From a virus, in IMG/VR virus record IMGVR_UViG_3300027057_000001, positions 1-64,000 of that record: a stretch of 64,000 nt of DNA. One strand, written 5' to 3'. The notes under the pieces are model-generated. The model made no database searches. It was not told where the DNA came from and saw only the letters and a program-made list of their open reading frames with translations. The position numbers were made by a program, and so were the translations under genes. This document shows, one piece after another, positions 24,168-32,710 of this stretch. The number at the start of each line of letters is the position of its first letter. Within the stretch, counting starts at the first letter, position 1.

Positions 24168-24360
24168 GGTCTTGGGAGCAGGTTGACGGTCAGTGCAGGG
24201 TGGAGCGCGACGGCGCGGAGACACCCGGCTGCATACGGACCTGGGCAGGTGTAGCCTTCTCCCCCTCTCCAGCCCTGCCTGGAAGGTCGTCGGGTTGATC
24301 GCCGATGGACGCCTTGTGGGTCTGGCGGAAGCGTGGGTTCGAGGCCCACGGGGGCCACCA
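24168..24360 (+). ncRNA. expanded tRNA-like RNA 3 (193 nt)
   Basis: GGTCTT/GGGGCC plus ACCA; T-arm CGTGGG-TTCGAGG-CCCACG. Confidence 0.6.
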
Positions 24361-24394
24361 GTTGACAAGTGTTTTTGAGTGTGTAGGTTGAGAA

Positions 24395-24499
24395 CGCTGC
24401 GGTTGTCCTCCGCAGTAGGTGATCCGACGTAAGTCTCTATCCGTCGGATTCTCCGTCCTAGAGCCCCCTGGGGTGGTGCCCGGGGGGCTCGCTTTTTGT
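24395..24499 (+). ncRNA. putative three-hairpin small RNA
   Basis: TTGACA-16-TAGGTT promoter at 24362, two hairpins, terminator, no ORF. Confidence 0.6.
24461..24499 (+). terminator. rho-independent terminator
   Basis: GAGCCCCCTGGG/CCCGGGGGGCTC stem then GCTTTTTG. Confidence 0.8.
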
Positions 24500-24552
24500 T
24501 CTGGGTGTGGACCCCATGGTAGGGTGCGGGGCTTTGTGAAGGGAGGTGGTCC

Positions 24553-25572
24553 ATGTCTTCATGGTCATCAAAGGCGAAGGGGGTGATGGTGGCAGTAGCG
24601 GTGGTGATCGCTACCGCTGTGCTCGTCGCGCTCATTCCGCTTGTCACCTGCGAAGAAGAGGCCGAGGCGGCGAGGCCCAGCCTGACCGAGCAGCGTGAAG
24701 CTCGACTCGCCAAGGCGAGGGCCGAAGCGCAGGCTCGACGAGAGGAGTGGGCTGCGCGTGACAGAGAGCGCGAGGAGCGCTGGGAGAGGGAGCAGGCCGA
24801 GGCAGAGGAAGAGCGAGCCCGCATGGAGGCGGAGTTTGCTGCGAATGCCGAGAAGCGGGAGCGAGAGCGCCGTCTGCGGCGACGGCGAGCCAGGGACAAG
24901 CTCTGGCTACTCCGAAGCCCCCAGGCCATCAGAGAGGCGCTGTGGGCCATTCCACGCGAGGGAGGCCACGAGGAGACCGTGGCAGCGCTGCACCGCATCT
25001 GCATCTCCGAGGCTGGCTGGAGGCCCGAAGCTCTGCGCGACTGCGTGTGGATCTGGCAAGTCGTTCAGAACATCCGGTCCAGGTCGTGCGACAGAGACCG
25101 TGGGCTGATGGAGTGCGACGAGAACGGCGAGACGTACCTGTCGGCGATGCGGCGGCTCTCCGGTCGGATACTCGATGAGAGCAAGGCCAGGACGGTTCGG
25201 CAGCGGTTCATCTCGAAGCTCGACCTGACGTGCGAGCGGCCCATGTTCTTCCCCCGTGGCGATAGCTGGGAGCGCAACCTGAAGCGTCCCTGTGAGCGCA
25301 TGGCGAGGGAGGTCAGGGCCATCGTGCAACTGAAGGCCGACCGGAGGCTGACGAACGGGGCGAGGCCCATCGCCTGGGGTGGTCGGTGCGAGGACAGCGG
25401 TGGAGCTTGTGACGACGAGATCGCTTGCAGGCGCGGGCTGGCTCGCATCCCTGGCTCGAAGACCTACAACGCCTTCTGGTGCCGACCCGGGACGTCCGGG
25501 TGTAGGGACACCATCGATCCGGTCTGCACGCCTGGCGGCAAGCGCAGGCCGGTACTCGCCTCGAACCCCTAG
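24553..25572 (+). CDS. membrane-anchored protein, possible SleB/Hydrolase_2-like cell-wall enzyme
   Basis: N-terminal TM helix, coiled coil, LHRICISEA..VWQVVQN resembling LAxxIxxEA..VxxN. Confidence 0.45.
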   Translation: MSSWSSKAKGVMVAVAVVIATAVLVALIPLVTCEEEAEAARPSLTEQREARLAKARAEAQARREEWAARDREREERWEREQAEAEEERARMEAEFAANAEKRERERRLRRRRARDKLWLLRSPQAIREALWAIPREGGHEETVAALHRICISEAGWRPEALRDCVWIWQVVQNIRSRSCDRDRGLMECDENGETYLSAMRRLSGRILDESKARTVRQRFISKLDLTCERPMFFPRGDSWERNLKRPCERMAREVRAIVQLKADRRLTNGARPIAWGGRCEDSGGACDDEIACRRGLARIPGSKTYNAFWCRPGTSGCRDTIDPVCTPGGKRRPVLASNP

Positions 25573-25608
25573 ACCTGTTGACCAACCGTTGTTACAGTGT
25601 GAGTTGTC

Positions 25609-25968
25609 ATGCTGTACTTCACCGACGACCAGGTTCACGTCTGCAAGGAGAAGCACCCCTGTGCCGAGTGCCGTGAGCGCAAGGCAACCTGGGTGACCAC
25701 GCTCCTGGATGGCAGCGAGGTAAACGTCTGCGCCTTCTGTCTGCTGTACTCCGGGAAGACCGAGTGGGGGCACGACAACCGGGCCGAGCTTGTCGAGGTG
25801 GGCCGCGCCGCACAGGAGCAGGCCGCGAAGTTCCGCAAGCCGCTACCCATGCTCGACGACAGGGGCAGGCTTCATCCAGCCGACGCCGAGAAGTTTGTCA
25901 TGGGGGTGAGCTTCACCAGCCGGATGGTGGTGGACCGCTTCGGGGTGGGTCGTGACCTTTCTGACTGA
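25609..25968 (+). CDS. Zn-finger hypothetical protein
   Basis: CAEC..CAFC. Confidence 0.6.
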   Translation: MLYFTDDQVHVCKEKHPCAECRERKATWVTTLLDGSEVNVCAFCLLYSGKTEWGHDNRAELVEVGRAAQEQAAKFRKPLPMLDDRGRLHPADAEKFVMGVSFTSRMVVDRFGVGRDLSD

Positions 25969-26227
25969 GCAGTACCCTCGGCCCAAGGTCGGCCAGAGCG
26001 TCAGGATGCACAACGGCAGGGTCGGCAAGGTGGTGACCGTCTACAAGGCCGACTCCGTGCTGAAGATGATGAAGGAGTCGGAGGCCATCGGACTGGCGAC
26101 CAACGCCCAGGCGCGCTTCGGACAGAACTGGCGCGACGTCTACTACCAGGCCGACATCATGTATCCGTCCGGGGTCATGGACGTCATCGACACCGCAGAG
26201 GTCGCCGAAGTCTTCGACACCCCTTGA
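25952..26227 (+). CDS. hypothetical protein
   Basis: ORF in operon context. Confidence 0.6.
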   Translation: MTFLTEQYPRPKVGQSVRMHNGRVGKVVTVYKADSVLKMMKESEAIGLATNAQARFGQNWRDVYYQADIMYPSGVMDVIDTAEVAEVFDTP

Positions 26228-26259
26228 CTATCCCTTTTGACGATATAGAATTGTAGGTG

Positions 26260-26757
26260 ATGGGCTCGAAAACCCTCACGCTCGCCACCCTCGCAGCCGC
26301 CCAGCGCGACAAGGGGGTCAAGGCGAGAGCACGGAAGGTGCAGAAGAGAAGGACGAAGAGCCCTGCGAAATGGTTGGGGAAAGAGTGGGCGGCGTTGTAC
26401 CGCCAGGCGTTCCCCGGGGCGAAGGTGGAGTGGACCGGCGCGGAGGCAGCGCTGGCGAAGAAGCTGGTTGACGAGCAAGGCTTTGAGGGAGCCCTGTCGA
26501 TGATCAAGCACTTCTTCGGCACATGGGACAGGAGGAAGGCATCACGTAGCGGGACACCGGAACTCAGGCTGCTCTGGGTTATGCGAGAGCGCATGAAGGC
26601 CGAAATGGAAGGCAAGGTCGCCGTCCCGGAGCTACGCGAGACAAGGATTGCCTCTGGGGAGTTCTCAGAGGAAGCAGCCGAGGCCAGCCCAACGCAAGGC
26701 TGGGGCGAAGTCGAAGAGGACATCGATCCCTACGAGGGCTGCGGGAATGGCTGGTAG
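26260..26757 (+). CDS. hypothetical protein upstream of the helicase loader (possible initiator partner)
   Basis: TTGACT..TAGAAT promoter; gene position. Confidence 0.6.
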   Translation: MGSKTLTLATLAAAQRDKGVKARARKVQKRRTKSPAKWLGKEWAALYRQAFPGAKVEWTGAEAALAKKLVDEQGFEGALSMIKHFFGTWDRRKASRSGTPELRLLWVMRERMKAEMEGKVAVPELRETRIASGEFSEEAAEASPTQGWGEVEEDIDPYEGCGNGW

Positions 26758-27415
26758 GCTCGAAATAGGCAGAGCCATGCGAATCGTCGGACTCAGAATC
26801 AAGCTGACGAAAGCCCACATGGACCTGATGCGGATTCCGCGTCGGTTCTGGGAGTCGAGCTTCGACGCGATCCCCGAGTGCGAGGGCAGGGACGTCTTGC
26901 GCTCCTACCTCCGCAACATCGAGGACATGCTGGACCGTGGTGAAGGTCTCCTGCTCTGGGGGCCGAATGGTCACGGCAAGACGTCGGCTGCCGTCATCGT
27001 CATGATGGAGGCGCGGCGTCGTGGTGCGTCCGCTCTGTTCGTCCAGGCCGAGACTCTGAGGGCCAGCGTGCTCGACGGCACCATGTTCTCCGACGAGAAG
27101 ACCCTGCTGGAGCGAGCGAGGGAGGTGGACTTCCTCGTGCTGGACGACCTTGGGAAGGAGCACGCCGGGGAGACCGGCTTCTCCGAGAGGCTGTTCGAGA
27201 ACCTGATCAGGGGACGGACGGCGAGCAAGCGAACGACGCTCGTGACGACGAACCTGCCGGTGAACCCGCCCAAGGGCGGCGGAGCCTCGTTGAAGACCAA
27301 GTACATCGCCTCCATGTTGGAGGTGATGAGGGAAGCCATGTACCCTGTGCTCCTGAGAACGCACAACTGGCGTGACCGGGCGCAGCAGGACATGGAAGCC
27401 CGACTCACTGGATAA
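26747..27415 (+). CDS. dnaC: DnaC/IstB-like AAA+ helicase loader
   Basis: GPNGHGKT, FLVLDDLGKE, TLVTTNL. Confidence 0.85.
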   Translation: MAGRLEIGRAMRIVGLRIKLTKAHMDLMRIPRRFWESSFDAIPECEGRDVLRSYLRNIEDMLDRGEGLLLWGPNGHGKTSAAVIVMMEARRRGASALFVQAETLRASVLDGTMFSDEKTLLERAREVDFLVLDDLGKEHAGETGFSERLFENLIRGRTASKRTTLVTTNLPVNPPKGGGASLKTKYIASMLEVMREAMYPVLLRTHNWRDRAQQDMEARLTG

Positions 27416-27471
27416 CACCAGGTAGGACCAACCTGGAACCCTGATACCGGGGGTGTAGGGGGAGTTTCGCC

Positions 27472-28812
27472 GTGGACCTTGACGCAGCCGCCATCGGACT
27501 GGCGACGAAAAATGAGTCTGGGTACAGGAAGGCAAGGGAGCTTCTGAGCGACACCCTGCTCCTGAAGCCAGGCAAGAGAGCCTGGGCTTTCGTCCAGGAA
27601 TACTTCACGGCCCACGGCCAACTCCCCCCGCCTTCTGTCGTCAAAGAGCAGACCGGCGTCAACGTCGAGCGGGTCGAGGACGGCACCGCCATCGACTGGG
27701 TGGTGGACCAGCTTCTCGACCGGCACAAGTTCAGAGCGTTGGAGTTCGGCTTCTCGAACGGATTGGAGCACCTGGAACAGGGCGACAAGACCGAAGCCGA
27801 GGCCGAGGTCCACAAGCTCTCGGAGCATCTTCGTGGCCTGAGCATCCAGAAGGCCCGCATCCACACGCTGGCAGAGATCGCACCGGAGGTCCGGGAGGTC
27901 TACGAGCGCACGAAGCGCGGCGAGACCGGCATCCAGTTCCCCTGGGAGACGATGACGAAGATGACCATGGGGATGTGGCCGGGCACCCTGACGATGTTCG
28001 TGGCCCGCCCATCGGTTGGCAAGACCTGGACGATGGTGCTGATCTGCATCTGCGCCGCGTTCGAGCAGAAGAAGAAGGTGCTGCTCGTCAGCCCGGAGAT
28101 GAACCGGGTCGAGATGGGCGAGCGGTTCGTCGTCAAGCACGGCGGCTTCAACTACGGTGACGTCGTCTCGGCTACCCTGGGCATGTACGCCGAGCCCCAG
28201 TTCTTCAAGACCATCGAGGAGATCCAGGCGAGCCCGGAAGCGGCCAACCTCTTCATCCTGGACGACGAGGACAAGCTGGAGCCCACCTTCATCGAGGAAG
28301 CCATCGAGGCGACCGACGCCGACCTGGTAGGCATCGACTCCGCGTACATGCTGAAGGTCGCGCAGAAGGGGATCAAGAGTGGGCCGGGCTCACGCGGCGA
28401 CCGCCAGGAGCGCATGGTCCAGACGGTGGACTGGATGCGCTCGACGTCGCGCAGGACCCAGAAGCCCGTCTGCGCCATCAGCCAGCTTGCTCGCGCCGGG
28501 AAGGTGAAGAAGAGCGCGAAGGAGACGCTGAAGAAGGGTCTGGGCACCGGAGGTCTCGAAGACCATCTCGCCTTCTCGGACACCCTGTTTCAGGACTGCC
28601 ACAACCTCTTCGCTCTCTTCCAGGACGACGACATGAAGCTCGACAAACAGATGCTCTTCGTGCCGCTGAAAGCGCGGCGTCAAGCGCTCTGGTCGGCGGT
28701 CGTCTCCCGCTGGGACATGGACGAGATGAACTTCGAGGAGATCGGGACCTCGGTCATCAGCGACGACGATGACGACGACTTCGATGACAAGGGGCACGAC
28801 TACGTCTACTGA
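27472..28812 (+). CDS. dnaB: DnaB-like replicative helicase
   Basis: ARPSVGKT, SPEM, VGID, AISQL. Confidence 0.88.
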   Translation: MDLDAAAIGLATKNESGYRKARELLSDTLLLKPGKRAWAFVQEYFTAHGQLPPPSVVKEQTGVNVERVEDGTAIDWVVDQLLDRHKFRALEFGFSNGLEHLEQGDKTEAEAEVHKLSEHLRGLSIQKARIHTLAEIAPEVREVYERTKRGETGIQFPWETMTKMTMGMWPGTLTMFVARPSVGKTWTMVLICICAAFEQKKKVLLVSPEMNRVEMGERFVVKHGGFNYGDVVSATLGMYAEPQFFKTIEEIQASPEAANLFILDDEDKLEPTFIEEAIEATDADLVGIDSAYMLKVAQKGIKSGPGSRGDRQERMVQTVDWMRSTSRRTQKPVCAISQLARAGKVKKSAKETLKKGLGTGGLEDHLAFSDTLFQDCHNLFALFQDDDMKLDKQMLFVPLKARRQALWSAVVSRWDMDEMNFEEIGTSVISDDDDDDFDDKGHDYVY

Positions 28813-28858
28813 GCAAACACTATTTGCGAATGGTGTTTGTATAGTGTACAGTCCTGGT

Positions 28859-29443
28859 ATGGACCGCAAGCCGAAGGGCTACTGGACCGAGGAGACGATC
28901 AGGGCTGCGCTGGTCCCGTATATCGAGATGCACAACGGACGGATGCCATCGCTGAAGGAGCTACAGGCGCAGGGGCGCAACGATCTCTCGTGCGCCATCG
29001 TGCGCCAGGGTGGCTACCGGAAGTGGGCTGGGCTCATGGGTGTGCCGCAGAAGGGGCACAACACCCACCGTGGCCAGAAATGGGAGCGTCACGAGGCGAG
29101 CTTCTTCCGGGGCTTGGGCATGGATGTTGAGGAGCAGGCCACGCTGGCACCGTTCGATCTTCTCGTGAACGGCTACCGTGTGGACGTAAAGACATCGACG
29201 CTGAAGTTTCCTGGAAAGTGCGCCAGGAATGGGTGGTATCAGTTCGGCTCGACGAAGATGGGATCTGATTGTGACGCATTCGACTTGCTCTGCATCGGCG
29301 GTGATGCCGTGGTGGCTCGATTCGTGGTCCCGTCTGCGTTCATAGGTGGGGCTTCGTCTATAACGCTCGTGCCAAGCGCACTGGACGGGCGCGGGAAATA
29401 CGGGCCATGCCTTGACGCGGTGCATCTGCTTGGGCACGACTGA
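28859..29443 (+). CDS. putative free-standing homing endonuclease (DNA-binding N-terminus plus PD-(D/E)XK)
   Basis: RKPKGYWT; E..PFDLLVNGYRVDVK; atypical codon use. Confidence 0.65.
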   Translation: MDRKPKGYWTEETIRAALVPYIEMHNGRMPSLKELQAQGRNDLSCAIVRQGGYRKWAGLMGVPQKGHNTHRGQKWERHEASFFRGLGMDVEEQATLAPFDLLVNGYRVDVKTSTLKFPGKCARNGWYQFGSTKMGSDCDAFDLLCIGGDAVVARFVVPSAFIGGASSITLVPSALDGRGKYGPCLDAVHLLGHD

Positions 29444-29461
29444 GCGAAAGTGACTTTCGCT
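29443..29461. repeat. 19-bp palindrome, copy 4
   Basis: AGCGAAAGTGACTTTCGCT overlapping a stop codon. Confidence 0.9.
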
Positions 29462-29472
29462 CCGAGGAGAAG

Positions 29473-30006
29473 GTGATGGACATCCAGTGGTGGGAGGTGG
29501 TCGGCCTCATCGGCGTGACCCTGGTGGTGACGGCGGGCAAGATCTTCGAGGGCCTTCGCGACTGGCTCAACGGCTTCCGCAACTGGTGGAGCCCGCTTCG
29601 TATCACCGGGAGCTTGCTCTCGTGCTCGATGTGTAGCGGCATCTGGGTCGGGTTCCTGTGGGGCTGGCTCGCCAAGGGCTGGCCGTGGTACGCGGCGCTC
29701 ATCCTTGGAGGCTGCATCAGCATCGCGGCTCTCGTGACCGATGAGACCGTTGGGCTCCTCTCGCTCTATCGGCTGAAGTGGAAGAAGCGCAACCAGGGCT
29801 CGATGACGATGGAAGAGCTTGTCGCGGCCAGGCAGCAGCAGGCTGCCATCGCGAAGCAACGCAAGTCAGATGAGATGGCGCTCGCACGGGCGCGCAGACG
29901 CGGGACTCCGAGGGACATGACAGAGGACGAGGCGGAAGCCTACGCTGACGCCCAGGAGCAAGCTGCGGACGCCATGGTCTTGGGCGAGCCACCGGAAGCA
30001 GCCTGA
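29473..30006 (+). CDS. membrane protein, DUF1360-like
   Basis: three hydrophobic segments; LLSCSMCSGIW. Confidence 0.6.
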   Translation: MMDIQWWEVVGLIGVTLVVTAGKIFEGLRDWLNGFRNWWSPLRITGSLLSCSMCSGIWVGFLWGWLAKGWPWYAALILGGCISIAALVTDETVGLLSLYRLKWKKRNQGSMTMEELVAARQQQAAIAKQRKSDEMALARARRRGTPRDMTEDEAEAYADAQEQAADAMVLGEPPEAA

Positions 30007-30563
30007 TGGAATTCATGCTGCCTGGGCTGATGTACGCCTGCCCGTTTGACGACGAACCGAAGGAGAAGGTGATGGAGATTCAGATGGCCGAGGGGTTCCC
30101 CGTTCGGCCCATGCACGACTACATCTTCGTGGCGGACATCGGGATGCCAGCGATGAGCCAGGGCGGCATCTGGTTGCCCGACGAGGCGTTCAAGTTCGCC
30201 CGCTACAAGCACCTCAACGAGCGCTATGGCATCGTGGTCGCCATCGGTAAGGGCCGCGTCATGGAGCCGGGCACCGACTCGCTCTGTAAACAGTGCTCGT
30301 GGGGCTGCCCGAAGAGGAAGGCGATCCTCTGCCCCAAGCTGGGCGGGCTCATCGACGAGGGCCTGAAGCTGGGCTCGACTGTGATGTTCAACCGGCGCTT
30401 CGGCTCGCGGCTGGGTATCCAGTTCCAGCCCGAAGGCTTCGCCCACCCGCTCTACGTTCGCGTGCTCGACACCGACAAGGTGCTTTGCCTGGTGGACGAC
30501 TTCGAGCCCTGGTGGGACACGGAGCGTGGAGTGCTTCATCCAGACCTCCTGATGAGCGGTTGA
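30006..30563 (+). CDS. groES: GroES-like co-chaperonin with Cys-rich insert
   Basis: RPMHDYIFV, SQGGIWLPD, GIVVAIGKG. Confidence 0.75.
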   Translation: MEFMLPGLMYACPFDDEPKEKVMEIQMAEGFPVRPMHDYIFVADIGMPAMSQGGIWLPDEAFKFARYKHLNERYGIVVAIGKGRVMEPGTDSLCKQCSWGCPKRKAILCPKLGGLIDEGLKLGSTVMFNRRFGSRLGIQFQPEGFAHPLYVRVLDTDKVLCLVDDFEPWWDTERGVLHPDLLMSG

Positions 30564-30594
30564 CTATTTCTTTTCAGTGCGTAGGTTGCATGGA

Positions 30595-31797
30595 GTGACC
30601 CCGCAACGACTCCAAGCCATTCTCCAGACACTCGGCGCTCGCAATCTGAGCATCAGCGGCAGTCGTGTGCGCTGCTCCTGCCTGCTGGCCCCTTGGACCC
30701 ATTCATCCGGCAAAGACAACAAGCCCTCGATGGTGGTGTTCCCGGAGGGGCGCTACGGCGATCCCATCTACTCGTGCCAGGCGTGTCACGAGGATGGCTC
30801 TCTGCGGAACCTGGTCCTGTTCCTGTGGCACAAGACCGGGCTCAACATGATGAACGTCGTGGAGGCCCTGGACGGCCCGGACGCACCCATCGAGGCCCCG
30901 GCTGGGAAGGAGGTCAAGAACCCCTTCATCCGGGAGAAGGCCAACCGGCTGGCGAAGCTCCAGCGCGAGGGAGGGAGCCACGAGGTCTACCGGCGCAAGC
31001 GGCAGACGACGGACGCGCCGTGGCACGATAAGTACGCGGTGGCGGCGAGCGACAAGGTGCCCGAGATCCCGTGGGCAGAGTACGAGCCCCACCTGACGGA
31101 CCAGGTCCATCCATATGCCGAGATGCGAGGCATCAACGAGGAGACCTGGCTGGAGTGGGAGCTTGGTGTAGACAAGAGGATGCACCGCATCCTGTTCCCG
31201 ATGCGCGACCATCACGGGCGGCTCATCGCCATCAGCGGGCGGCTCTACGACGAGCACCGATGCCACCGCTACGGCTGCAAGGGGGAGATCGTCACCCTGG
31301 CCCCGGTGCCCCCGGCGAAGAAGGGGAAGAAGATCTGCGGCAACTGCGGCAAGGCTCCGCCGCCGAAGTATCTTCACAGCAAGGGGTTCAAGCGCAACGT
31401 GTTCCTGTACGGCGAGCACATGCTGCCCAACGACTCAGGGACGAAGCTCTACGTGGTCGAGGGGCACCTGGATGCGCTGGCGCTCTGGCAGGCCGGGTAC
31501 AGGCCGGTGGTGGCGACACTGGGGACCAAGGTCGGGGAGAGTCAGATTGAGCGACTGGTCCACTACGCCGCGATGCCTGGGAGGCCCATGCGGATCATCC
31601 TCGTCGTCCACGATGGCGATGACGCCGGGCGCAAGATGGGCGTCCTGGTGAAGCAGATGATCGCTGGTCGCGTGCCCTGCTTCAGCCGCCCCTGTCCAGA
31701 GGATTCCGATCCCGCGAAAATGCTTCCATACGAGCGCGTAAAATTGCTGGGGGAGCCGTGGGGAAAGTCTGTTGACACGCAACTCACCATGGGTTAG
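30595..31797 (+). CDS. DNA primase (Zn finger plus TOPRIM)
   Basis: C..H..CQAC; RILFP, SGR, PKYLHS, VVEGHLD, HDGDDAG. Confidence 0.9.
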   Translation: MTPQRLQAILQTLGARNLSISGSRVRCSCLLAPWTHSSGKDNKPSMVVFPEGRYGDPIYSCQACHEDGSLRNLVLFLWHKTGLNMMNVVEALDGPDAPIEAPAGKEVKNPFIREKANRLAKLQREGGSHEVYRRKRQTTDAPWHDKYAVAASDKVPEIPWAEYEPHLTDQVHPYAEMRGINEETWLEWELGVDKRMHRILFPMRDHHGRLIAISGRLYDEHRCHRYGCKGEIVTLAPVPPAKKGKKICGNCGKAPPPKYLHSKGFKRNVFLYGEHMLPNDSGTKLYVVEGHLDALALWQAGYRPVVATLGTKVGESQIERLVHYAAMPGRPMRIILVVHDGDDAGRKMGVLVKQMIAGRVPCFSRPCPEDSDPAKMLPYERVKLLGEPWGKSVDTQLTMG

Positions 31798-31865
31798 ATT
31801 GGGAAGTGTGCAGCGGTGACTGCACGTCTGATTTGGTGCTCTGGTGAGCACGGAAGGAGAGCGAG

Positions 31866-32624
31866 ATGGGATGGTTCAACACCGGATTCGAGTCTTCCAA
31901 CAACGCCTACGACTTCGCTGACGGCGACAGGGGACCGCGAAGGTTCTGGATGCCAGCCGACACGGAGAAGCGCGTCATCTTCCTCGATGACGACCCGACC
32001 ACGTTCTGGGAGCACAACTTCAAGCACAAGGGCAACTGGCGGAACTGGGAACCGTGCAAGGTCCGCAACAAGATGGCCAACGACTGCGCCGTCTGCGACC
32101 GCTACCCCGACCGCAAGCCGTCCTTCATCGGGATGCTGTCGGTCATCAACATGACCCCCTGGGAGTCCAACAACGGGCGCGAGTTCTGCTACGGGCGCGA
32201 GTTGTACGTGGCCAAGCTGGGCGGCAAGGACAAGCCGGGCGTCCTGAAGAAGCTGGAGCGGCTGAAGAAGCAGCACAGTGGGCTCACCGGCTGCGTCTTC
32301 GACGTCTACCGCAGCGGCGGCAAGACCGAGTCGGTCGGTGACGAATTCACCCTGGTCGAGAAGATCGACCCGAAGGAGATCGAGGCGTTCGGCAAGCGGC
32401 ACCTGAAGGAGTGGGTGCAGCGGATCAACGAGCAGATCGACGACCCGGAGAAGTACCTCACGCTCGACAAGCTGTGGGAGCGAGCCCCATGGGAGCCCTA
32501 CGTCTACGCCGACATCTTGGAGGTCCGCTCCAACGAGGAGTTGCGCGTGATGTTCGGTGACGCAGGGGCCGACGAGGACGACGACGGCGGATCTTCCCAG
32601 GCCGACGCCGATAACCCCTACTGA
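31866..32624 (+). CDS. single-stranded DNA-binding protein (gp32-like)
   Basis: H..C..CAVC Zn site, acidic C-terminal tail, replication context. Confidence 0.7.
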   Translation: MGWFNTGFESSNNAYDFADGDRGPRRFWMPADTEKRVIFLDDDPTTFWEHNFKHKGNWRNWEPCKVRNKMANDCAVCDRYPDRKPSFIGMLSVINMTPWESNNGREFCYGRELYVAKLGGKDKPGVLKKLERLKKQHSGLTGCVFDVYRSGGKTESVGDEFTLVEKIDPKEIEAFGKRHLKEWVQRINEQIDDPEKYLTLDKLWERAPWEPYVYADILEVRSNEELRVMFGDAGADEDDDGGSSQADADNPY

Positions 32625-32640
32625 TCAAGGGTCCTTCACT

Positions 32641-32690
32641 CGTCCCGCCCGGTAAGGTGCGTCCCCCCCCCGTGCCAACCGGGCGGGGCG
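32641..32690 (+). terminator. strong hairpin after the SSB gene
   Basis: CGTCCCGCCCGGT/ACCGGGCGGGGCG; weak U-tract. Confidence 0.5.
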
Positions 32691-32710
32691 TTGTGAGGGG
32701 TGGAGGCGTC

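Noticed and set aside
23782-24360. Standard tRNA or tmRNA genes
   Set aside because: Units are too long for tRNA and lack a D-arm plus 7-nt anticodon loop in register; too short for typical tmRNA and without G3-U70
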